Of a DNA stretch of 64,000 nt, positions 20,437 through 27,186 are shown in pieces. The stretch lies in assembly GCA_045543015.1 (NCBI GenBank), contig JAZQLY010000021.1, positions 2,328 through 66,327 of the forward strand, written 5' to 3'. The position numbers and the translations under genes were made by a program. Under the pieces are notes generated by a model that was not told where the DNA came from, made no database searches, and was given only the letters and a program-made list of their open reading frames with translations. Position 1 is the first letter of the stretch. Every line of letters begins with the position of its first letter. The DNA comes from Eubacteriales bacterium. Lineage in GTDB: Bacteria > Bacillota > Clostridia > Oscillospirales > CAG-272.

Positions 20437-21888
20437 ATGATGCAAGAAAACTATACGTTACTGTGTGACTTTTACGAATTGACCATGGCAAACGGCTATT
20501 TTGAATTGGGACGAAAGGACGAGATCGCGTATTTTGACGTCTTCTTCCGCACCATTCCGGATGGCGGTGGCTTTGCCGTTTTTGCCGGGCTTGACCAATT
20601 GGTGCAATACGTCTACAACCTCCGCTTCACGGAGGAGGATATCCGTTTTCTGCGTACCAAGCACATGTTTGGCGAAGAGTTTTTAACGTATCTGCGCAAC
20701 TTCCGCTTCAGCGGCGATATCTGGGCTATGAAAGAGGGAACGCCCATTTTCCCCGGTGAGCCGATCATTACCGTGCGCGCCCCGATCATTGAGGCGCAGC
20801 TGATCGAGACCTTTGTGCTTTTGACGGTGAACCTGCAATCGCTGGTGGCCACAAAGGCCAATCGCATCGTCCGTGCGGCGGCTGGGCGAGCCGTTGCGGA
20901 ATTTGGTTCTCGCCGCGCGCAGGGCGCGCAGGGGGCCATTCTTGGCGCACGCGCTGCCTACATCGGCGGCTGCAGCAGCACCGCCTGCACCATCAGCGAC
21001 CGGGAATATCATATCCCCACCACCGGAACCATGGCGCACTCCTGGGTGCAAACCTTCTCCGATGAGTATGAGGCGTTTTCTGCCTATTGTAGGCTGTATC
21101 CCCATAACGCCACGCTGCTGGTAGATACCTACAACGTGCTGGAGAGCGGCATTCCCAATGCTATACGCGCGTTTAAGGAAAACGGCGTTGAAAATTGCGG
21201 CATCCGCATTGACTCCGGTGATATTGCCTACCTCTCCAAGAAGGCAAGAAAAATGCTGGATGCAGCAGGCCTGCCGCAATGCAAGATCATTGCCAGCAAC
21301 TCGCTGGATGAATACATCATCCGTGACCTGATCGCGCAAGGGGCCAAGATAGATGCCTTTGGCGTAGGTGAACGGCTGATCACGGCAAAAAGCGATCCTG
21401 TTTTTGGCTGCGTGTATAAGTTGACCGCGCTGGAGGATGCACAGGGGAACATTATTCCGCGTATCAAGATCAGTGAGAATAATGAAAAGATCACCAACCC
21501 CTCCTACAAAAAGGCTTATCGCATCATTGATAATCAGACCGGCCAGCCGATTGCCGATTACCTCACGTTAGCCGAAGAAAAGATCGACGAAAGCCAGCCG
21601 CTTGAGCTGTTTGACCCCATCAGCACCTGGAAGAGAAAAACGGTGACTGATTATACCGCCCGCCCCTTGCATGAAGCTGTTTTTGTGGCAGGTGAGTGCG
21701 TTTATCAAACGCCCGATATTGAAGAGATCAAGGCCTATTGCCTCGGTGAGATCGACGCTTTGTGGGATGAGGTAAAGCGGTTTGAAAATCCGCACCGTTA
21801 TTACGTTGACCTCTCGCCCCGCCTATGGGAGCTGAAGCAGCGCATGCTGAAAAACGAGGGGCATGCCTCGTCAAGGAGAATGGTATGA
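20437..21888 (+). CDS. pncB: nicotinate phosphoribosyltransferase
   Basis: TDFYELTMANGYF-type N-terminus, FGSRRA and GTMAHSW motifs. Confidence 0.9.
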   Translation: MMQENYTLLCDFYELTMANGYFELGRKDEIAYFDVFFRTIPDGGGFAVFAGLDQLVQYVYNLRFTEEDIRFLRTKHMFGEEFLTYLRNFRFSGDIWAMKEGTPIFPGEPIITVRAPIIEAQLIETFVLLTVNLQSLVATKANRIVRAAAGRAVAEFGSRRAQGAQGAILGARAAYIGGCSSTACTISDREYHIPTTGTMAHSWVQTFSDEYEAFSAYCRLYPHNATLLVDTYNVLESGIPNAIRAFKENGVENCGIRIDSGDIAYLSKKARKMLDAAGLPQCKIIASNSLDEYIIRDLIAQGAKIDAFGVGERLITAKSDPVFGCVYKLTALEDAQGNIIPRIKISENNEKITNPSYKKAYRIIDNQTGQPIADYLTLAEEKIDESQPLELFDPISTWKRKTVTDYTARPLHEAVFVAGECVYQTPDIEEIKAYCLGEIDALWDEVKRFENPHRYYVDLSPRLWELKQRMLKNEGHASSRRMV

Positions 21889-22109
21889 AAAAAGTACGCA
21901 TATGTTTTTTGGTCCTTCTTTGTCTGCTTGCCTGCGTTGCGCTCTCGGCTTGCGATCAAACGCCGCCAAACGTGGTGATCGATAAGAACGAGTTGATTCC
22001 CAATGAGAAGGATGATACGACCCTTCCTGACGGTGGAAGTGACTCCGGCGAGGTGCAGGACAGCATCGGGGATAATAAGCCGATCGAGCTGCCGTATCTT
22101 CCGGCATGA
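21885..22109 (+). CDS. small lipoprotein
   Basis: MKKVRICFLVLLCLLACVALSAC is a signal peptide with an LSAC lipobox. ATGA overlap with the pncB stop. Confidence 0.6.
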   Translation: MKKVRICFLVLLCLLACVALSACDQTPPNVVIDKNELIPNEKDDTTLPDGGSDSGEVQDSIGDNKPIELPYLPA

Positions 22110-22112
22110 TAT

Positions 22113-22756
22113 AAAAAGAGTGGGAACGCATTCCCACTCTTTTTTACGGTTATGCCAAAAGGCGACAGCCCAGACCACATTAGAACGATGCGGGTAGTAG
22201 AAATCTACATATAAAAAAGAATGAGCGGGAAATCAATCCCACCCATTCTTTTGTTTGCGGTTATGCCAAAAGGCGACAGCCCAGGGGCGCGTTGAGTTTT
22301 GAGCAGAAATCTTCGTTTTCCACCCCGTGACATGTATTTCATACATGGAGGGTGGAAAACGGAGATAGTAAACAAAAATATAATTACAAATGGAGAAAAC
22401 CGTAGGTTTTCCTCCTTAGAATGATGCGGGCAAAAAAACCTACATACAAAAAAGAATGGGCGGCCAATCAATCCCACCCATTCTTTTGTTTGCGGTTATG
22501 CCAAAAGGCGACAGCCCAGGGGCGCGTTGAGTTTTGAGCAGAAATCTTGGTTTTCCACCCCGTGACATGTATTTCATACATGGAGGGTGGAAAACGGAGA
22601 TAGTAAACAAAAATATAATTACAAATGGAGAAAACCGTAGGTTTTCCACATTAGAACGATGCGGGTAGTAGAAATCTACATATAAAAAAGAATGGGCGGG
22701 AAATCAATCCCACCCATTCTTTTTTGTTTACGGTTAAGCCAAAAGGCAACCGCCCC
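22113..22756. repeat. tandem repeat array: full units at 22205-22439 and 22440-22675, a partial unit at 22676-22756, and an internally deleted unit at 22113-22204
   Basis: Direct reading shows near-identical 235/236-bp units. Each carries a terminator hairpin, a conserved 32-nt tail, a 46-nt palindrome and an AT-rich segment. Confidence 0.9.
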
Positions 22757-23446
22757 TTAGCTCAACTTTGCGTAGTTAACCTTAATGCCAGGGCCCATCG
22801 TGGTTGCGACAACGCAGCTCTTGATGTACTGACCCTTTGCGGTAGCAGGCTTTGCCTTAATAACGGCGCCAACCAGAGCATTGAAGTTCTCCATGATCTT
22901 CTCAGCACCAAAGGAGGCCTTGCCGATGGGGCAGTGGATGATGTTGGTCTTATCGAGACGGTACTCGATCTTACCGGCCTTAGCCTCGGTTACTGCACGA
23001 GCAACGTCGGGAGTAACGGTGCCGGCCTTCGGGTTCGGCATCAAGCCCTTCGGGCCGAGGACCTTACCAAGACGACCAACCAGACCCATCATATCGGGAG
23101 AGGCGATAACAACGTCAAATTCGAACCAGCCGCCCTGGATCTTGGTAACAAGATCCTCTGCGCCAACGTACTCGGCACCTGCCTCTTCAGCAGCCTTTGC
23201 CTTGTCGCCGCGGGCGAATACCAGCGTTCTTACGCTCTTACCGGTGCCGTTCGGGAGAACGATAGCACCGCGAACCTGCTGGTCAGCGTGACGGGAGTCA
23301 ACACCCAGACGGATGTGGAGCTCGATCGTTTCATCAAATTTTGCCTTTGCGGTCTGGCAAGCCAGTGCAACGGCTTCAGCGGGGTCATACAGCTTGGATT
23401 TCTCAACGAGAGCCATGCTCTCTTTATATTTCTTTCCTACGCTCAT
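22757..23446 (-). CDS. rplA: 50S ribosomal protein L1
   Basis: The [27 protein letters not shown] and VIASPDMM motifs are canonical L1. Confidence 0.97.
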   Translation of the reverse strand: MSVGKKYKESMALVEKSKLYDPAEAVALACQTAKAKFDETIELHIRLGVDSRHADQQVRGAIVLPNGTGKSVRTLVFARGDKAKAAEEAGAEYVGAEDLVTKIQGGWFEFDVVIASPDMMGLVGRLGKVLGPKGLMPNPKAGTVTPDVARAVTEAKAGKIEYRLDKTNIIHCPIGKASFGAEKIMENFNALVGAVIKAKPATAKGQYIKSCVVATTMGPGIKVNYAKLS

Positions 23447-23466
23447 TATCTCTTTCCTCCTGCGCC

Positions 23467-23892
23467 TTATTCTTCTACCGTGATACCCATGCTGCGTGCG
23501 GTACCGGCAACCATGCTCATGGCAGCCTCGATGCTGGCAGCATTCAGGTCAGGCATTTTGGTTTCTGCGATCTTGCGAACCTGATCCTTGGTCAGAGAAG
23601 CGACCTTGGTCTTGTTGGGCGCAGCAGAAGCGGTCTCAATGCCGCAAGCCTTCTTGATCAGAACGGCTGCGGGGGGAGTCTTGGTGATGAACGTGAACGT
23701 GCGGTCAGCAAAAACCGTGATAACGACAGGAATGATCAAGCCGATATCGTTCTTGGTCCTCTCGTTGAACTCCTTGGTGAAGTTCGGGATCGATACACCG
23801 TACTGACCGAGTGCAGGACCTACAGGCGGCTGGGGAGTAGCCTTGCCGGCGGGAAGCTGCAGTTTGATATAACCCATAATTTTCTTAGCCAT
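23467..23892 (-). CDS. rplK: 50S ribosomal protein L11
   Basis: [33 protein letters not shown] at 23892 follows GGAGGTG. Confidence 0.97.
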   Translation of the reverse strand: MAKKIMGYIKLQLPAGKATPQPPVGPALGQYGVSIPNFTKEFNERTKNDIGLIIPVVITVFADRTFTFITKTPPAAVLIKKACGIETASAAPNKTKVASLTKDQVRKIAETKMPDLNAASIEAAMSMVAGTARSMGITVEE

Positions 23893-24021
23893 AAAATTAC
23901 ACCTCCGAATGTGGTACATATACGGGAGAATGAAATATTTTCTCCCTCCCACAGGGTACCCCTTCCTTCATGCTCCCAAGCAGGGAAGGGAAAGCGGCCA
24001 TGCGGCCGTGTGCGGCAGAGC

Positions 24022-24564
24022 TTACTCTGCCAGCTTGATATCCTTTGCATCTACAATGATCGGGATATCGCGTTTGCCGGTAGATGCCAGCACCGTAACC
24101 TGCTTCTTATCTTCAGAAATCTCCTGTACGGTACCGTTATAACCTTCAAACATGCCGGAAATGATGGATACGGCATCGCCGATCCGGAAGCCGACGTCTT
24201 CCTTGTGGCTCTCTACGTGGAGCGCCTCAACCTCTTGCTCTGTCAGCGGCACGGGCTTGGACCCGGGGCCAACAAATCCGGTAACACCGGTAATGTTACG
24301 AACAACATGCCAGCTTTCGTCCGTCATGACCATCTTGACCAGCACATAGCTGGGGAAGATCTTGGTCTCAACCTCTTTCTCAACACCCTTATCGTTGACG
24401 GTGTGCGTGATCTCTACGGGGATCTGCACGTCAAAGATCAAGTGGCCGAGGCCGCGGTTTTCAACGATCCGCTCAATGCTGCTCTTTACTTTGTTCTCAT
24501 AGCCGGAATAAGTGTGTGCGACGTACCATCTGGGACCAAGGTTCATCTGATCGATATCGCTCAT
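24022..24564 (-). CDS. nusG: transcription termination/antitermination factor NusG
   Basis: RWYVAHTYSGYENKV is the NGN domain. A C-terminal KOW motif (GDAVSIISGMFEGYNGTV) is present. Confidence 0.95.
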   Translation of the reverse strand: MSDIDQMNLGPRWYVAHTYSGYENKVKSSIERIVENRGLGHLIFDVQIPVEITHTVNDKGVEKEVETKIFPSYVLVKMVMTDESWHVVRNITGVTGFVGPGSKPVPLTEQEVEALHVESHKEDVGFRIGDAVSIISGMFEGYNGTVQEISEDKKQVTVLASTGKRDIPIIVDAKDIKLAE

Positions 24565-24580
24565 ATCCGTTCGCCTTTAC

Positions 24581-24814
24581 TTATACAAGACTTCCGAGCG
24601 TGTTGATCGCCCAAGAAAGACCGAAATCGACCACACCGAGAACCAGTGTGAAAACAATAACGCTGACGATGACCAGGATCGAATTCTTACGCAGATCCGA
24701 GCCGGACATCCATACGACTTTTTTCATTTCGCTGCGGAAATCGCGCCAGAACTTGGCGATACGAGAACCCATGCGCTTGAAAAAGCCCGGTTTCTTTTCA
24801 GTATTCTCTGCCAT
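24581..24814 (-). CDS. secE: preprotein translocase subunit SecE
   Basis: The KFWRDFRSEMKKVVW motif is followed by one TM helix, in the conserved position between rpmG and nusG. Confidence 0.85.
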   Translation of the reverse strand: MAENTEKKPGFFKRMGSRIAKFWRDFRSEMKKVVWMSGSDLRKNSILVIVSVIVFTLVLGVVDFGLSWAINTLGSLV

Positions 24815-24856
24815 ATACAAAACCTCTCAAATCAAAATTTGGGATCCCTTGAGGGA

Positions 24857-25006
24857 TTACTTGGTTTCCTTATGCAGGGTGTGTTTGCGGCAGAAACGGC
24901 AGTATTTGTTCCGCTCAAGTCTGTCAGGGTCGTTCTTCTTGTTCTTCTCTGTGTCGTAGTTTCTCTGCTTGCATTCGCTGCATGCCAGGGTAATTTTGAC
25001 TCGCAT
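24857..25006 (-). CDS. rpmG: 50S ribosomal protein L33
   Basis: My own translation is [52 protein letters not shown] is AGGAGGTG. It is missed by the ORF track, which has a 60-aa cutoff and reports only a wrong-frame ORF here. Confidence 0.93.
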   Translation of the reverse strand: MRVKITLACSECKQRNYDTEKNKKNDPDRLERNKYCRFCRKHTLHKETK

Positions 25007-25155
25007 ATCGGCACCTCCTGTTAAAATTAGAGCTTACGCTCCATGAAAACCACGGTGTCATCCATGGTATCGTACCTCCCTCGTGTCGGTGTTTGGTGGG
25101 CCTGCCGTCCCAGTTGGCAAAGCACAACAAAAAAACCTCCGACAGAGGTAAAGAT

Positions 25156-25184
25156 ATTATAACACATCCTTTTTCTCTTGTCAA
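25156..25184 (-). promoter_or_regulatory. sigma-A promoter of the rpmG-secE-nusG-rplK-rplA operon
   Basis: The minus strand reads TTGACA, 17 nt, then TATAAT. Confidence 0.6.
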
Positions 25185-25264
25185 GAGGTTTTTTCATATA
25201 TAATTAAAATATTTCAAATTTTTCTTTTTCTTCGGGCTTCTTTCCTGACAGGAAGAGAGGTTTT

Positions 25265-26347
25265 TCAGGACTCCGCCGGCTGCTCGTCAAACAAGTCGGG
25301 CTGTCTGGCACCCGTGGGCGAGACGGCGGTATAGGGCAGGCCAAGGTGATTGTAGGCCTGTACCGTCGCGCAGCGGCCGCGCGGCGTGCGGCTTAAGAAG
25401 CCGATCTGCAGCAGGTACGGCTCGTACACGTCCTCGATCGTGATGGCCTCCTCCCCGATGGTGGCTGCCAGCGTCTCAAGACCGACGGGGCCGCCGCCGT
25501 AAAACTTGATAATGGCCTCCAGCATGCGGCGGTCGGTGTTGTCAAGGCCTAATTCGTCGATCTCCAGCAGGCGCAGGCCGGCACGGGCGATCTCGCCGTC
25601 AATGCAGCCGTCCCCCTTGACCAAGGCAAAGTCGCGCACGCGCTTGAGCAGGCGGTTGGCAATACGCGGCGTGCCGCGGGAGCGGGAGGCGATCTCGCGT
25701 GCGCCATCCTCGGCAATGTCCATATTCAAGATCGAGGCAGAGCGCTTGACGATGCCCGTCAGCTCCTCGGTGGTGTACAGCTCCAGACGTTGAATAACGC
25801 CAAAGCGGTCGCGCAGCGGGGTAGAGAGCTGCCCGGCACGCGTGGTCGCGCCGATCAGCGTAAACTTCGGTATCGGCAGACGGATGCTCCGTGCGCTTGG
25901 CCCCTTGCCAATGATAATGTCAATGGCAAAGTCCTCCATCGCGGGATAGAGGATCTCCTCCACCTGGCGGGAAAGACGGTGGATCTCGTCAATGAACAGC
26001 ACGTCCCCCGGTGCCAGATTGGTCAGAATGGCGGCAAGATCCCCCGGCTTTTCGATCGCCGGGCCGGAGGTGGTGCGCAGATTTACACCCATCTCGTTTG
26101 CAATGATGGCAGAAAGCGTGGTCTTGCCAAGGCCGGGAGGGCCGTACAGCAAAACGTGGTCAAGCGCCTCTCCGCGCAGCTTGGCAGAATCAATATAGAT
26201 GCGCAGATTCTCCTTGGCCTTTGCCTGACCGGTATATTCGTCCAGCGTGTGCGGGCGGAGAGAGGGCTCACCCTCTCTGTCATCGGGGATCGATTCGGTC
26301 GATACGATGCGGTTCTCAAAATCAAATTCTTCTAATTCGTTTGGCAT
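25265..26347 (-). CDS. ruvB: Holliday junction branch migration helicase RuvB
   Basis: Walker [16 protein letters not shown] and the RTPRGR arginine finger region. Confidence 0.97.
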   Translation of the reverse strand: MPNELEEFDFENRIVSTESIPDDREGEPSLRPHTLDEYTGQAKAKENLRIYIDSAKLRGEALDHVLLYGPPGLGKTTLSAIIANEMGVNLRTTSGPAIEKPGDLAAILTNLAPGDVLFIDEIHRLSRQVEEILYPAMEDFAIDIIIGKGPSARSIRLPIPKFTLIGATTRAGQLSTPLRDRFGVIQRLELYTTEELTGIVKRSASILNMDIAEDGAREIASRSRGTPRIANRLLKRVRDFALVKGDGCIDGEIARAGLRLLEIDELGLDNTDRRMLEAIIKFYGGGPVGLETLAATIGEEAITIEDVYEPYLLQIGFLSRTPRGRCATVQAYNHLGLPYTAVSPTGARQPDLFDEQPAES

Positions 26348-26356
26348 GGTCTAACC

Positions 26357-26977
26357 TCACTTGGAGAAGTATTTCAGCGCAGCGGTAATGATCTGCTCGA
26401 CCGAGAGGCTTGCGGTATCCAGCTTGCGCAGCGCCTCGGTCACCTCGGCACGGCCGTAGCCCAATACCGTCAAGGCCTCCAGCGCCTCGCCCAGCTTGCC
26501 CGTGCTTGGTGCTGCTCCGCTTGCGGCGGCGCTCGGCATCATCGCCATGCCGCCACCAACGGGCGAAATGCCCTTGAATTTATCCTTCAGCTCCAGCACC
26601 ACGCGGGCCGCCGTCTTGGCGCCCACGCCGTTGGCGCGGGAGATCGCCTTGATATCCTCACTTGCCACCGCAAGGGCCAGCTTCTCCGGCGTGAAGAGGG
26701 AGAGGATGGCCATGGCCGCCTTCGGCCCCACCCCGGAGACCGAGATCAGCAGGCGGAAGGAGGCAAGCTCGTCCTCGGTATAAAATCCGAACAGCTCAAT
26801 ATCGTCCTCGCGCACCTGTAAATAGGTGTACAGCTTGACCTTGCGTTCACCGTCTGCATAGCCAAGTGCGTCTGCCGTGTTCATACTGATCGTTAAGCGG
26901 TAGCCAACACCGCCGCAGTCGATCACGGCAAAGCTTTCCTCCTTGTGGACAAATTTGCCCATGATGTGGTAAAACAT
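26357..26977 (-). CDS. ruvA: Holliday junction DNA helicase RuvA
   Basis: MFYHIMGKF..VIDCGGVGY, and LISVSGVGPK is the HhH motif. Confidence 0.93.
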   Translation of the reverse strand: MFYHIMGKFVHKEESFAVIDCGGVGYRLTISMNTADALGYADGERKVKLYTYLQVREDDIELFGFYTEDELASFRLLISVSGVGPKAAMAILSLFTPEKLALAVASEDIKAISRANGVGAKTAARVVLELKDKFKGISPVGGGMAMMPSAAASGAAPSTGKLGEALEALTVLGYGRAEVTEALRKLDTASLSVEQIITAALKYFSK

Positions 26978-26979
26978 GG

Positions 26980-27186
26980 TCAATCCTCACTTTCATCCGA
27001 CAGTTTTCGTTTGACCGCCTTTTCCAGCTTCAGACGGTCAAGCACCATGTCCCGCCCGCAACCGTCACACACGATGCGCACGTCACTTCCCGTGCGCAGA
27101 ACGGTAAAAATACGGTTGCCGCAGGGGTGCTGCTTTTTTAGTTCCAATTTCTCGCCAACCGATAGGCGCAGGATCTTATCAGCCAT
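26980..27186 (-). CDS. DUF951 family protein
   Basis: The pattern VGEKLELKKQHPCGN..F.VLR.G.DVRI.C.GCG is typical of DUF951. The second ATG is better spaced from GAGGAAA. Confidence 0.7.
   Translation of the reverse strand: MADKILRLSVGEKLELKKQHPCGNRIFTVLRTGSDVRIVCDGCGRDMVLDRLKLEKAVKRKLSDESED

Noticed and set aside
22315-22595. Possible CRISPR array, because the 46-nt element begins GTTTT and ends AAAAC.
   Set aside because: There are only two copies. The sequences between them are themselves repeated rather than unique spacers. The repeat is a self-complementary palindrome and no cas genes are present.
22205-22649. Two minus-strand ORFs (90 aa and 69 aa, ...ENLRFSPFVIIFLFTISVFHPPCMKYMSRGGK...) inside the tandem repeats.
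   Set aside because: They are copies of each other generated by the repeat. They run through strong terminator hairpins and use weak or non-ATG starts. I treat them as non-coding.
23893-24021. A possible L1-binding autoregulatory leader between nusG and rplK (hairpin GGGAGAA-AATATTTCA-TTCTCCC and other GC stems).
   Set aside because: It is plausible by analogy to E. coli L11 operon control. However, I cannot match it to a defined consensus by eye, and it needs a covariance-model search.
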